Counted from the stretch's first letter, positions 42,372 through 53,186 are shown. The stretch is 64,000 nt of DNA from an uncultured cyanobacterium (GCA_963703315.1 OY969811.1:3744001-3808000), one strand, 5' to 3'. Notes: a model not told the origin generated them from the letters alone. Translations and numbers: made by a program.

Positions 42372-43310
42372 ATGAACGATCGCTTAATTCGCGCCCTCAC
42401 CGCCGACGGCAGAGTCCGTGTCATTGGCGTGAATATCACTCAATCCCTTAATGAAGCGCATCGCCGCCATCAGTTATCGGCATTAGCCACAGCATCCCTT
42501 GGTCGAGCGATGAGTGCCAGCTTACTGCTTACATCGAATATGAAACAAGCTCAAGCCAGAGTAAACGTCAGGGTGGCAGGTGAAGGCGGATTGGGGTTAG
42601 TCTATGCTGATGCTGGTTTTGATGGGACAGTACGTGGCTTTGTCTCCAATCCCCACTTTGAGTTGCCACCCCTTGCTGATGGTCAGCAAAATGTGAGTCA
42701 GGGTATTGGACATACGGGTTTTCTCAAAGTAATGCGTGATGTTGGCTATGGTGAGCCCTATAGCAGCACGGTGGAGTTAATTGCGGGTGACATTGCCAAT
42801 GATGTCGCTTGGTACTTAGCTTCATCTGAGCAAACCTATTCCAAACTCATGCTCACGGAAGTAATTGATCAAGATAATAACGAGTCTCCTGTAAAAGTAG
42901 CCGCAGGACTGTTATTCCAAATTATGCCTAAAGCCACCCTTCGCGCCGCCAAAACTGCCAACCTGTCCCAAGAAGATTTGCTTCTACAACTAGAAGCCAA
43001 AAATGATCCGCAAAAATTTCTTGATTTACTCAACCAAAATCCAGCGATCGCCGATGTGATGACAGAATTATTTGCGGATATGCATCTAGATATCTTGCCG
43101 ATGAGTAAAGATGTGAAATTTCACTGTCCTTGCACCCTTGATCGGATGTTAGCGGCAATGAAAATGTTTGGTGAAGAAGACCTGCGATCGATGATTGCTG
43201 AAGATAAGGGCGCAGAAGCAACTTGTCATTTTTGTGGGGAAGTCTATCAAGCCACCACTGAGCAGTTAAATAGCTTGTTAACCGAACTGCGAGTTGAGGC
43301 AAAAGCTTAA
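42372..43310 (+). CDS. hslO: Hsp33 redox-regulated chaperone
   Basis: YLASSEQ; CPC...CHFC zinc centre. Confidence 0.93.
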   Translation: MNDRLIRALTADGRVRVIGVNITQSLNEAHRRHQLSALATASLGRAMSASLLLTSNMKQAQARVNVRVAGEGGLGLVYADAGFDGTVRGFVSNPHFELPPLADGQQNVSQGIGHTGFLKVMRDVGYGEPYSSTVELIAGDIANDVAWYLASSEQTYSKLMLTEVIDQDNNESPVKVAAGLLFQIMPKATLRAAKTANLSQEDLLLQLEAKNDPQKFLDLLNQNPAIADVMTELFADMHLDILPMSKDVKFHCPCTLDRMLAAMKMFGEEDLRSMIAEDKGAEATCHFCGEVYQATTEQLNSLLTELRVEAKA

Positions 43311-43418
43311 GGGATATTAATATAGAGCGCTTTGCGCTCTACAAATTCTCCAATTGTGGTAACTTCACCTTAAGAAACTCCTCACCCACAATCACAAAAC
43401 TTTTACAGATCAAACTTT

Positions 43419-44294
43419 ATGACAGTTAACGCGCAAATTGGCATCATTGGCGGCAGTGGTCTCTACAAAATGTCTGCCCTGACTAATGTTCAAGAAATTA
43501 ACATTGATACCCCCTTTGGCAAAACCTCCGATGCCTTTATCTATGGCGAACTATCAGGTACACCTGTGCTATTTCTTGCCAGACATGGGCGATTGCACCA
43601 TTTGCTGCCCTCAGAAGTCCCCTATCGTGCCAATATTTATGCGCTAAAAAGTCTTGGTGTGGAGTACATTATCTCTGCCTCAGCCGTCGGTTCTTTACAG
43701 GAATATGCACGTCCCCTTGACATTGTGTTGCCCGATCAGTTTATCGATCGCACGACTCGCCGTACCTCGACATTTTTTGGTGAAGGGATAGTTGCTCACG
43801 TTGCCTTCGGGGAGCCAATTTGCAAATCACTGCTTTCCGTCGTTGCTTCTGCGGCAGAAGGGGTCGATTTAGGGCGCAACAAAGTCCATAAAGGCGGGAT
43901 TTATCTCTGTATGGAAGGACCTGCTTTCTCCACTAAGGCTGAGTCCCTGCTCTATCGCAGTTGGGGCGCTAAGGTAATTGGGATGACTAATCTCACGGAG
44001 GCAAAGCTTGCTCGTGAAGCCGAAATCGCCTATGCCACGATCGCCTTAGTCACCGATTATGACTGTTGGCACGATGATCATGAAAGTGTGACGGTAGATA
44101 TGATCATTCAAAATTTACATAAAAATGCTTTGAATGCTCAAACCGTCATTCAAAATGCGGTAGCTAAAATTGCTGCCAACCCACCGAAGTCAGAAGCCCA
44201 TCATGCTCTGAAGACTTCGATCTTGACGGATTTGAGTAAAGTGTCCGATAGTACTCGCGATCGCTTAAAAGTAATCCTGCAAAAGTATCTTTAA
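43419..44294 (+). CDS. mtnP: S-methyl-5'-thioadenosine phosphorylase
   Basis: [35 protein letters not shown]. Confidence 0.93.
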   Translation: MTVNAQIGIIGGSGLYKMSALTNVQEINIDTPFGKTSDAFIYGELSGTPVLFLARHGRLHHLLPSEVPYRANIYALKSLGVEYIISASAVGSLQEYARPLDIVLPDQFIDRTTRRTSTFFGEGIVAHVAFGEPICKSLLSVVASAAEGVDLGRNKVHKGGIYLCMEGPAFSTKAESLLYRSWGAKVIGMTNLTEAKLAREAEIAYATIALVTDYDCWHDDHESVTVDMIIQNLHKNALNAQTVIQNAVAKIAANPPKSEAHHALKTSILTDLSKVSDSTRDRLKVILQKYL

Positions 44295-44326
44295 ACCATA
44301 GTCTATTGAGGCTTTAAGTAGTAGAG

Positions 44327-44440
44327 ATCAATTTTTGAAAGCGCTGCGAAGCGGCGCTTTCAAAAATTGATTTGGGTTTTAATTCAGCGCAAAGCGCTGT
44401 ATCTAAAAAAGAGCAGCGCTTTGCGCCGCTCTTTTTTTAG
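44327..44440. repeat. Two palindromes with GCG-type cores (44327-44371, 44403-44440)
   Basis: ATCAATTTTTGAAAGCGC...GCGCTTTCAAAAATTGAT; CTAAAAAAGAGC...GCTCTTTTTTTAG. Confidence 0.75.
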
Positions 44441-44513
44441 TTTGTATGTCTTGTGTTATACCTTATGTATTTTTTAGTCTAAGCTACTTCATGTATAGCG
44501 ATCTCTCACAAAA

Positions 44514-45929
44514 ATGCGTAGATACTCGTTTTTACGACTTGGTATTAATATCGGTGCATTTTTACTGCTAGGAATGGGTCTGGTGGTGATATATGGGTGG
44601 TTTATCGGTTCAGTAAGTTTGATTCAGATCCAACCTCAATTTGTGCCAATGCAGTTCAATACAGCTTTAGGATTTGTCCTGATCGGCTTGTCACTTATGG
44701 GATTTATCAATCATCGGCGGAAATTAGTTAAATATCTTGGACTAGTACTAGTCTTATTGGGAGGATTAACCCTAGCCCAACATATATTTGGGGTTAATTT
44801 GGGGATTGATGAGCTATTCATGAAGCATTACATCACGATCTCGACTTCTCAACCTGGTCGGATGGCTCCAAATACAGCTTTAAGCTTTTTACTAAGTGGC
44901 TCGGCAATCTTAACTATGTCCAAACCGAAAATCGGAGTCCATCAGCTTTTGATATGTAGTGTGTTGGGATCTTTAATTATGGGATTAGGAACTGTCGCTT
45001 ACTTTGGGTATTTGTCAAAAGTAGAGACAGCTTACGGTTGGGGCAATCTCACCAAAATGGCGCTCCATACTTCGATTGGGTTCATCGTTGTTGGGTTGCT
45101 CGTAATCATCGCCATCCGACATTTGAGTTGGCGCATCCAGAAAAAAATGTCGTCTTTAGTATTACCGATCACTTCTGGGGTGCTTGGTTTCACAGTTACT
45201 CTTTGTCTATGGCAAGCGCTTTATTCATCGGAACTATATGTCAAGAATCAATATGGCATCAAACCCACAAACTTTGTTGCCGAAGGGATTTTGGTCGTTG
45301 GCGGATTATTTTCGATTGTGATTGTGATCGCGACTTGGTTTGCGATCAGATCCCATGAACAGTTACAGGATTTAAAATTAGCCCAAGCTGAAATTTTAGC
45401 GCTTAATAAACAATTAGAGAAAATATCCTATCTTGACGGTTTGACAGAAATTCCCAATCGTCGCGCCTTTGATATTGCGATCGAAAATGAATTAGGACGC
45501 GCTTCCCGATATCAACATTCTATTGCTTTAATTCTGTTTGATATTGATTATTTCAAGTCCTACAATGACTACTACGGACACCAAATGGGCGATCGCTGTC
45601 TGCAACAAGTTGCACATACGATTAATACAATGGCTAAGCGTAAAACCGATATCGCAGCGCGTTATGGTGGTGAAGAATTTGTTTTATTGTTACCTGATGC
45701 TGCCATCAGCGATGCGACGAGGATTGCAGCAATAACATTACAGGCGATCGCTGATTTACAAATCCCCCACAAATCCTCAAAGGTTAGCGATACAGTCACT
45801 CTCAGTGCAGGCGTTAGTGTTTGTATCCCCAATCAGCACATAACTTCTGAAGAATTAATTTGGGGCGCGGATCAAGCTCTATATGAAGCGAAAGCTCAGG
45901 GGAGAGCGCGTGTTGTCGCAATGACATAA
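44514..45929 (+). CDS. Membrane-bound diguanylate cyclase
   Basis: Multiple TM helices; DGLT, DIDYFK, RKTD I-site, GGEEF. Confidence 0.92.
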   Translation: MRRYSFLRLGINIGAFLLLGMGLVVIYGWFIGSVSLIQIQPQFVPMQFNTALGFVLIGLSLMGFINHRRKLVKYLGLVLVLLGGLTLAQHIFGVNLGIDELFMKHYITISTSQPGRMAPNTALSFLLSGSAILTMSKPKIGVHQLLICSVLGSLIMGLGTVAYFGYLSKVETAYGWGNLTKMALHTSIGFIVVGLLVIIAIRHLSWRIQKKMSSLVLPITSGVLGFTVTLCLWQALYSSELYVKNQYGIKPTNFVAEGILVVGGLFSIVIVIATWFAIRSHEQLQDLKLAQAEILALNKQLEKISYLDGLTEIPNRRAFDIAIENELGRASRYQHSIALILFDIDYFKSYNDYYGHQMGDRCLQQVAHTINTMAKRKTDIAARYGGEEFVLLLPDAAISDATRIAAITLQAIADLQIPHKSSKVSDTVTLSAGVSVCIPNQHITSEELIWGADQALYEAKAQGRARVVAMT

Positions 45930-45962
45930 CAAAGGCGGTGCAATGCGCCGCCTTTGTTATGT
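45924..45962. terminator. Palindrome between convergent genes
   Basis: ACATAACAAAGGCGG...CCGCCTTTGTTATGT; includes the DGC stop codon. Confidence 0.65.
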
Positions 45963-46751
45963 TTAAATTTGTGGCTCGATACCAGCCGCCCGTAATTGAG
46001 CAAGTAATGTTTCAACTCGTTGATGCTCTTGATCGGCGCGTTGACTTTCCTGCTCAGCACGTTGACTTTCCTGCTCAGCGCGTTGACTTTCCTGCTCGGC
46101 GCGTTCAGATCCAGAGAGCAATAAATTTCCCTCAGCATCCCACCAACGCAGCCAAGGGAAATCAGAATTTTGATAGCGTCCTTGCCAAATTCCTAGCTCC
46201 ACACCAAGGGATTCAATGGGATAGTGACCGCGTTCATTGGGTTCTACCAATTCAAATTGGTTGCCAACAAAATGATATAAGGCGATCGCCGCTTTTTGGA
46301 CTTCATAAATGCCATAAAAGGCAGGACGAATCACCTGTTCATAAATAAAAAATTTACCTTTCCAAGGTGTTTTGTCTCGCTCTTCTTGACCATTGCCAGA
46401 TACAAACTCCAACACAATCAAAGGCGCAATAAATTCTTGCCACAGCACATAAGATCGTCTTGGCACGCCATTGACCAAACTTGGCGATACATTCGGGACA
46501 TAAAACCAATCTGGAGCTACGGCTCCCTTTTCTGGTGGATCGGTGATGCGCCAATAAATGCCACAATCCTGCCCGATCGCATAGTTCCCATCAGGATGAA
46601 TACTTTGCAAAACTGGAGCAATGGAATCCGTCAAGAGAATACTTTGGGGATGTTCTTGAAAATTTTTCACAAATGTACCATCGGAGTCTGGCAGTTGTGT
46701 ATGGTCTGGAAATGGTACTAGAGCAGGATCTTGATCCACCGTAAAGGTCAT
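45963..46751 (-). CDS. Uma2-family (PD-(D/E)XK) endonuclease-like protein
   Basis: LPDSDG, APDWFYV, VLEFVS, WLRWWD; coiled-coil tail. Confidence 0.88.
   Translation of the reverse strand: MTFTVDQDPALVPFPDHTQLPDSDGTFVKNFQEHPQSILLTDSIAPVLQSIHPDGNYAIGQDCGIYWRITDPPEKGAVAPDWFYVPNVSPSLVNGVPRRSYVLWQEFIAPLIVLEFVSGNGQEERDKTPWKGKFFIYEQVIRPAFYGIYEVQKAAIALYHFVGNQFELVEPNERGHYPIESLGVELGIWQGRYQNSDFPWLRWWDAEGNLLLSGSERAEQESQRAEQESQRAEQESQRADQEHQRVETLLAQLRAAGIEPQI
46020..46103 (-). repeat. 21-bp tandem repeat (RAEQESQ) in the Uma2 tail
   Basis: TTGACTTTCCTGCTC(A/G)GC(A/G)CG three times plus one degenerate copy. Confidence 0.85.
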
Positions 46752-46859
46752 GGCTTTAGCTCTCAGTAAAGTGTGTAACTTCTTGATTAATTATAGCGAC
46801 ACTACTTCATAAAAAAGGCGGCGCAGTGCGCCGCCTTTTGGGGTTTGCGCCCTAGCTAC

Positions 46860-47897
46860 TTAGTATTTGAGTCCTTTCACAGTCTCGAAAAAGAAACGAG
46901 CGTTATCTTCGGGAGTGTTGGGTAAAATGCCATGTCCGAGGTTCATGATGTGACCCCTGTTACCAGCTTTCTGGACAACTTCCAAAATGCGATCGCGAAT
47001 GTAGCTTTGCTCAGCAAACAGCACACAGGGATCGAGGTTACCTTGAACAGGAACATGACGACCAATGCGATCACGGGCATCAGCAAGATCCACAGTCCAG
47101 TCTACACTGACGATATCCACGCCTGATTTAGGCATCAGGTCAAGGACACCTGCGCTACCGCTAATGTAAAGAATCAATGGAGTATCAGGATATTTTGCCT
47201 TGACTTTATCGACAACCATTTTTTGATAAGGCAGAGCAAAGGTTTTATAGTCAGTTGGGCAAAGATGTCCTGCCCAAGAGTCAAACATCTGCACCACTTG
47301 AGTGCCGCATTCGATCTGGTGGATCACATAAGTGCCGATCATTTCAGCAATCTTGGTCAAAAAGCTATGGATAATCGCTGGCTCTTTGTATGCCAATGCT
47401 TTGATTACCGAATAATCCTTAGAACCCTTACCTTCAACAGAATAGGCGGCTAATGTCCAAGGTGCGCCCACAAAGCCAAGAATAGTCGCTTGATCTTTAA
47501 CTTCTTCTTTGATGGCGGTTAAAATCTTACGGATAAAAGGCACAGCCGTGTCAGGATCAAATTCTGTTAGAGCATCAACTTGGGCTTGAGTCCTGATTGG
47601 AGACTCGATGATAGGACCTCTGCTTTCGATGATGTCAAAGTTAATACCGATACCTGTGAGGGGGGTGAGGATATCGGAAAACATGATCACGCCGTCAGGT
47701 TGGAAAGCCCGAAATGGCTGTAAAGAAATTTCGGCAGCGAGTTCAGGGATTTCTGATCGCTCTCTAAATGTTGGATACTTTTCGCGCAAATCACGATACG
47801 CCTTCATATATCTTCCTGCTTGGCGCATCATCCATACTGGTGGACGATCCAGTACTTCACCTTTTGCCGCCCTGAGCAAGCGATCATTGCCTCCCAT
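46860..47897 (-). CDS. hemE: Uroporphyrinogen decarboxylase
   Basis: [27 protein letters not shown]. Confidence 0.97.
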   Translation of the reverse strand: MGGNDRLLRAAKGEVLDRPPVWMMRQAGRYMKAYRDLREKYPTFRERSEIPELAAEISLQPFRAFQPDGVIMFSDILTPLTGIGINFDIIESRGPIIESPIRTQAQVDALTEFDPDTAVPFIRKILTAIKEEVKDQATILGFVGAPWTLAAYSVEGKGSKDYSVIKALAYKEPAIIHSFLTKIAEMIGTYVIHQIECGTQVVQMFDSWAGHLCPTDYKTFALPYQKMVVDKVKAKYPDTPLILYISGSAGVLDLMPKSGVDIVSVDWTVDLADARDRIGRHVPVQGNLDPCVLFAEQSYIRDRILEVVQKAGNRGHIMNLGHGILPNTPEDNARFFFETVKGLKY

Positions 47898-48273
47898 AAT
47901 TAACTCTTTCCTGTGTGTTTAAACTTTTTTATATATTGTGCTTTTGAATTATAGAACGTGACGTACAAGACACCAATGCTTGACTCCGAAAGTAAAGGAG
48001 AGGTCAAGGTCTTTGATTAAGTTTTTTTTAACTTTTTTGATCGCGATCGCATAGTCAAATCCTAGATTTAGCTATCAGTTCATGTCTAGCATCATTGACA
48101 AACTTAGTTTTTATTTAATCTCTGATGATAGCGAGATTACTTGTACTTTCTTTAAGATATGTTATTAATACTTAAGTTAGTAAAATTTAAGGGTTATGGG
48201 GAAAGATGTCTCGTTTCTCCTTGTAGCTCCTAAATTGAAAGTTTTAGCTAACCAATGGCTAGGTTAAATAACT

Positions 48274-48708
48274 GTGATTAATGAAGGGGTAAATTTGACA
48301 AAGGATGCTGATGTAGTAGGCAAGACATCAGAAGATGTAGCAGTACTGGCTACGGAGGCAAAATCGCCTTTGCAAAGGGGAGTCGCGATCGCAGTTACCT
48401 TAATAGCAGTGGTGATCGCGCTTGTGATCTGGCTATTGCGTACACCCGTTGATCCATATACCCAGTCAGTTCTCACTTTGTCAGGTGACCCTGTGCAAGG
48501 ACGTTCGATCTTTGTGATGAATTGTGTGGCTTGTCATGGAGAATGGGCAAATGGCAAAGTCGGTCCTAGTTTGCATGGTGTATCCGATCGCAAGTCCGAT
48601 GCTAAGTTAGTTCAACAGGTTGTAAGCGGCGAAACCCCACCGATGCCTCAGTTTCAACCTAGTCCACAGGATATGGCTGATTTGTTAAGCTATCTCAAAC
48701 AATTATAA
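48274..48708 (+). CDS. cytM: Cytochrome cM
   Basis: TM segment, CVACH heme motif, VGPSL, TPPMP. Confidence 0.85.
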   Translation: MINEGVNLTKDADVVGKTSEDVAVLATEAKSPLQRGVAIAVTLIAVVIALVIWLLRTPVDPYTQSVLTLSGDPVQGRSIFVMNCVACHGEWANGKVGPSLHGVSDRKSDAKLVQQVVSGETPPMPQFQPSPQDMADLLSYLKQL

Positions 48709-48737
48709 AAAAGCGGCGCATTGCGCCGCTTTTTTAT
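48705..48737. terminator. Bidirectional palindrome joining the cytM and rph stop codons
   Basis: ATAAAAAAGCGGCGCA-t-TGCGCCGCTTTTTTAT. Confidence 0.75.
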
Positions 48738-49447
48738 TGTATTTGCAGCAATTCCCCGATTCCTTTTTCGGCAACATCTAACATTTGATCTAGTTGCGAT
48801 CGCGAAAATGTATCCGACTCGCCAGTACCTTGAACCTCAACCAGCTTGCCAGTGCTGTCCATCACCACATTCAGGTCAACACTTACTGCCAAGTCTTCTT
48901 GATAATTTAAGTCCAAAATCGGTTTGCCATCGATTAAACCCACCGAGACTGCGGCGACAGCATTACGGATCGGCGATCGCGTAATTTTTCCTTCAGCAAG
49001 TAGGCGATCGCAAGCTGCCTTTAAAGCTATAAATCCCCCCGTGATTCCACCTGTGCGCGTACCGCCATCCGCTTGCAGTACATCAATATCCACCGTAAAG
49101 GTGTAATTAGCGATCGCAGTCATATCTAGCGCCGCCCGTAAACTCCGCCCAATTAATCTTTGAATTTCTTGAGTACGCCCTGATAGTTTCATAAATTCGC
49201 GTTGTTGACGGGGAATTGTGGATGCAGGCATCATCCGATATTCTGCTGTCAGCCAACCTTGATTACTGCCCGTCAGAAATTTGGGTACACCTTCTTCGAT
49301 GGATACAGTGCAGATCAATTGCGTATCACCAAATTTTGCCAACACAGAACCCGCAGGCGCTTTGGTAAATGGCTGCTGTAATTGCACGGGGCGCAGTTGA
49401 TCCCAAGCTCTCCCATCAGGACGTTGAAAAATCGGCAAATCACTCAT
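48734..49447 (-). CDS. rph: Ribonuclease PH
   Basis: [36 protein letters not shown]. Confidence 0.95.
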   Translation of the reverse strand: MSDLPIFQRPDGRAWDQLRPVQLQQPFTKAPAGSVLAKFGDTQLICTVSIEEGVPKFLTGSNQGWLTAEYRMMPASTIPRQQREFMKLSGRTQEIQRLIGRSLRAALDMTAIANYTFTVDIDVLQADGGTRTGGITGGFIALKAACDRLLAEGKITRSPIRNAVAAVSVGLIDGKPILDLNYQEDLAVSVDLNVVMDSTGKLVEVQGTGESDTFSRSQLDQMLDVAEKGIGELLQIQ

Positions 49448-49687
49448 GATCACTGTTTGACTGTTTGTAAAATCTATCCAATCATATAGCAAGCACTTGC
49501 TGCTAGCGGCTATACAAAAGGTAAAGATGGCGATGCCATCTTTACCTTTTAACCCTTACTGGGTTTGGTTTTTAATTCACAAAAGTGTTGGCACATTTTT
49601 GTGAACGGGGATTACAGAGCGATCGCTACATAATTTGCAGGAAAAGATAGGCGGTGCTTTGCATCGCCTATCTTTTCCTGATTTTAA

Positions 49688-51352
49688 CTAATGTTGCAAC
49701 AAGGCAGAACGAGGAATTACCCGCATAATCTCTTTGATAGTTGTTACTCCTTGTAAGACCTTCTCGATCGCGGCAACTCGAAAGGACTGAAAATCGATAC
49801 TGCGTAGGTAAAGATCTAGTTGCGTCGATGTACCTTCATAAATAATTTGACGCATCGTGTCATTGATTTCTAATAGCTCAATCACTGCTTCACGGCCCAA
49901 GTAACCCGTATGAAAACATTTAGGACATCCTTTGCCTTGTCTGCATTTTTCCAAATTAACTGTAGATCGGTCTAATCCAATCACTTTCAATTCGGCATCA
50001 CTAGGGACATATACTTCTGCACAGTGTGGACAAACACGGCGAACAAGGCGCTGAGCAATCACCCCTAACAAAGCATCACTAACTAGACTTGAGCCAAGAT
50101 CTTTAAGTCGAGGGATAGCACTAGGTGCATCGTTGGTATGCATAGTGGTCAAAACCAAGTGACCAGTCAACGCCGCCCGAATTGCAGTTTCTGCCGTCTC
50201 ACTATCGCGCACTTCGCCCACCATAATAATGTCGGGATCTTGGCGGAGAATTGAGCGTAATCCTGCGGCAAACGTCATACCTGCGGCTTCATTGACTTGG
50301 GTTTGAGTAATATTTGACAAGACATACTCCACAGGATCTTCGACAGTAGTGACATTGACGCTTTTAGAGGCAATTACTTGCAAACTGGTATAGAGCGTGC
50401 TAGTTTTCCCAGAACCAGTGGGACCAGTAAAAATGATCATTCCCTGTGGTTGATGTAGCCAGCTTTCATAGGTTTGACGTGACTTTTCCGTAAATCCTAG
50501 ATCGGCAATACTCGAAAAGGGATTTTCTTGTGGAAGTAACCGAATTACAATTTTTTCTCCATTAACGCAGGGAAGTGTACTAACACGCATATCTAATCCC
50601 TTAGCATGATGGTCGTCACTAGTATATTTTTCACCAATACGCCCATCTTGGGGAATCCGACTTTTGGCAATATCCATTTCTGCCATCACTTTAAGCGCAA
50701 CAATAATTTTGCGGCTAATTGCTAAAGGTAATACTTGAACATCTCGCAAAATACCATCAACACGAAAGCGAATCCGTAATCCTTCTTTGGTTGGCTCTAG
50801 ATGAATATCGCTAGCACGGCTCTGCAAAGCACTAGTAATTATTGCCTTGATACGACTGATTTGATCTGCTGCTTTGGAGAGATGCATTTCTGCTGTCTCT
50901 GCGATCGCCATTGGGGCAAGTTCATCGGCAAAGGGAATGTCTGTCTCTGATAGAGAAATGAGATCGTTGCGAATATTTTGTTTGAGAAACCATTCTTGAT
51001 AACTCTTTTTCGTAATTGATACGACTTCAACAGTCATGTCCATCAAGTTACTAATCCTCTTGATGTCCAGTTCTGAAATTGTCTCAGGAACCCCAATGAA
51101 AAAACATTTTTGCCATAATAGAAGTGGGATAGCCTTTGGTAATCCTGTCTGGTTACGAGCCTGACGCAAGAAGAGTCCACTCAATTCTGTGTCCAGCAAA
51201 TTAATGTTTACACTTCCATCTAAATTAACAAGTCTAGTGATTGCTTCTTCACATGATATTTTGCCAGTTTTAAGTAATTGCCAAGGGGTTGAGGGAACAA
51301 TAGATAAATTAGGTGTGGGGGATTTAGCTTGCATAGTTTCTGATAAGTTCAA
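49688..51352 (-). CDS. GspE/PulE/PilB-family secretion ATPase (ATG at 51334 is an alternative start)
   Basis: ASDIHLEP, PQDGR, GPTGSGKT, EDPVE, LRQDPD, TGHLV, two CxxC. Confidence 0.92.
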   Translation of the reverse strand: MNLSETMQAKSPTPNLSIVPSTPWQLLKTGKISCEEAITRLVNLDGSVNINLLDTELSGLFLRQARNQTGLPKAIPLLLWQKCFFIGVPETISELDIKRISNLMDMTVEVVSITKKSYQEWFLKQNIRNDLISLSETDIPFADELAPMAIAETAEMHLSKAADQISRIKAIITSALQSRASDIHLEPTKEGLRIRFRVDGILRDVQVLPLAISRKIIVALKVMAEMDIAKSRIPQDGRIGEKYTSDDHHAKGLDMRVSTLPCVNGEKIVIRLLPQENPFSSIADLGFTEKSRQTYESWLHQPQGMIIFTGPTGSGKTSTLYTSLQVIASKSVNVTTVEDPVEYVLSNITQTQVNEAAGMTFAAGLRSILRQDPDIIMVGEVRDSETAETAIRAALTGHLVLTTMHTNDAPSAIPRLKDLGSSLVSDALLGVIAQRLVRRVCPHCAEVYVPSDAELKVIGLDRSTVNLEKCRQGKGCPKCFHTGYLGREAVIELLEINDTMRQIIYEGTSTQLDLYLRSIDFQSFRVAAIEKVLQGVTTIKEIMRVIPRSALLQH

Positions 51353-51373
51353 TATGGTTACTTACTAGATTCA

Positions 51374-51400
51374 TTCTGTCGAGTTGATAGGTTCTATGCA
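51374..51400 (-). promoter_or_regulatory. Bipartite motif copy A, upstream of the GspE/PilB ATPase
   Basis: Minus strand TGCATAG-N15-CAGAA. Confidence 0.6.
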
Positions 51401-51502
51401 GACCTTACGAAAAAACTAGCGTCATGCTCATCTAAAATTCGTTATCGCGCCTAGCAAGTAGAAGATGTTTCTACCCATTAACTTGTACTCCTAAAAAAGA
51501 AA

Positions 51503-51558
51503 ATTAGGCAAGTGGTGATGTTTATTGAATTTTCAATAAACATCACCACTTGCCTAAT
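51503..51558. terminator. Long palindrome after the ricin-M23 gene
   Basis: ATTAGGCAAGTGGTGATGTTTATTGAA-tt-TTCAATAAACATCACCACTTGCCTAAT. Confidence 0.7.
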
Positions 51559-51626
51559 CTGTGGAGTAACTTGATGTATATAGTTTGGCTGATGAGAAGC
51601 AGCAAACTTTAAGCTTGCTCAGTATC

Positions 51627-52697
51627 CTAAGGACGTGTGAGGGCTTTTCTAAAGTGATCGTTTACACCAACAACATCTGGTAAATCACCAACTCCTATAA
51701 GCTGAAATCCATTAGCTGCTGTCATGGGGACTGAATTAGCATTACATAATGCATTAGGTCGTCCTTCAATATGAATATGAGAATAGCCACCATTAACAGA
51801 ACTTGCGCGGGAAACAACTCCCAATTGCTGACCAGCATTTACTCTTGCTCCATTAGCTACTTGGCGATCCATGTGACCAATCAATAAAGCACGGTTGTTC
51901 CCAATATCTAAACAAACCAAGTCTCTGTCAACATATCGAGCAGTACCAGCGGACGGAGCTAGAACAGGCTGCCCTGCTGATTTACTAGTATTGCCATCAT
52001 AAGCATAACAACCACTGGAACCAAAATCTTTATTAGTGATTGTGAGATCTAAACCAAAAATACTACGTCCTTTATGGCTAATACCATTGTTCTGATATCC
52101 TTGACAAACAAACCAAGTCTGACCACTTTTAAAAGGCAAGAGAATCTGTCCAGGAGGGGGAGGAACTATCGTTCCTCCGTTAATTTTGAACCTCTGATTC
52201 ACACCAGAATTGCATTGCCAGAGAGTGACTGCACCTCCATCATTACGAGTAGGACTGTCAATGCAGAATCGAACATTATTCCTGATCTCAGAAAGTCTAA
52301 TCTGGACATCACCGTTGGACAGGTTTTCAACATTGAAATTTTGGTCAAGATCATTGGCGTTACAGGGATAAACATTGACCTCAGCCCCATTCCATCGACG
52401 ATAGGCATTTAGGCATTTACCAGTGCTGCGCTGACGTAAAAGTTGACCGCCTCTAGCTCCTTGCAATCTATCAAAGTGTTGATCTGCATCATTAAAGTTG
52501 TGTGTCCAAATAGACATTCTTGGATGCCCGTCAATTAGACGGAAGTTACGATTAGTGTTAAGCGCTTTATTGCTATTATTAATGACAAAAGTTTCGGCAG
52601 ATGCAGCAGCACTGAGAATAGTAACTCCAGCGAGGATCGAAAAAGAACTGGCAACTAGTGCTAAACATTGTTTAGGATTCATAATACCTTTAGCCAT
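51627..52697 (-). CDS. Secreted ricin-B lectin + M23-family peptidase
   Basis: Signal peptide; QxF/CLN/CIDS ricin repeats; H...D (HKGRSIFGLD) and HIH zinc motifs. Confidence 0.8.
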   Translation of the reverse strand: MAKGIMNPKQCLALVASSFSILAGVTILSAAASAETFVINNSNKALNTNRNFRLIDGHPRMSIWTHNFNDADQHFDRLQGARGGQLLRQRSTGKCLNAYRRWNGAEVNVYPCNANDLDQNFNVENLSNGDVQIRLSEIRNNVRFCIDSPTRNDGGAVTLWQCNSGVNQRFKINGGTIVPPPPGQILLPFKSGQTWFVCQGYQNNGISHKGRSIFGLDLTITNKDFGSSGCYAYDGNTSKSAGQPVLAPSAGTARYVDRDLVCLDIGNNRALLIGHMDRQVANGARVNAGQQLGVVSRASSVNGGYSHIHIEGRPNALCNANSVPMTAANGFQLIGVGDLPDVVGVNDHFRKALTRP

Positions 52698-52771
52698 AAT
52701 GATTAATACCTTGAAGTAGATTGAATTAGTTGAAGCAAAATATTAGAGGTGCGATTTTTGAGAGAAAATTG

Positions 52772-53080
52772 TTAGTTAATCCATCGTAGATTTTGAGCTT
52801 GAGAAGAAGAGATGCAAACTACATTTCCATCTTTCTCTCGACATACGACCTGATCGTTTTGAGTAAGAGTTTGCCATTTAGACCAATCGAAAAAGGTTGG
52901 AATAAAACCGACACTCTTATTTTGAGAGGGGTTTTCAATAAGGTTCCCATTAGCATCAGTAAATACAGATTCATCACCACCTCCAGCCAGAGCTTTTGGG
53001 GTATTGAAAATAATGCTAAGAAATCCAATAGATGATAGAAGTAGTAAACTTCTTTTAAGAGATACTTTGTTTGAGTACAT
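52772..53080 (-). CDS. Small secreted hypothetical protein with two Cys
   Basis: Signal peptide ending ALA; SD-like GAGGA upstream. Confidence 0.7.
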   Translation of the reverse strand: MYSNKVSLKRSLLLLSSIGFLSIIFNTPKALAGGGDESVFTDANGNLIENPSQNKSVGFIPTFFDWSKWQTLTQNDQVVCREKDGNVVCISSSQAQNLRWIN

Positions 53081-53160
53081 TCATAGATTCCTCTATATGA
53101 TGGTTAGCAAATTAAATGATTCAATGTTTATGAGTCCTTATTTCAGAACCTACATATTCT

Positions 53161-53186
53161 TTCTGTAAGGATTGAGAAGCTATACA
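53161..53186 (-). promoter_or_regulatory. Bipartite motif copy B
   Basis: Minus strand TGTATAG-N14-CAGAA. Confidence 0.5.

Noticed and set aside
45938..46348. Plus-strand ORF with RVDFPAQ repeats
   Set aside because: Antisense reading of the Uma2 21-bp repeat
51557..51582. Possible sixth copy of the sigma motif (TATATAC-N14-CAGAT on the minus strand)
   Set aside because: Several mismatches, and it overlaps the end of a terminator-like hairpin
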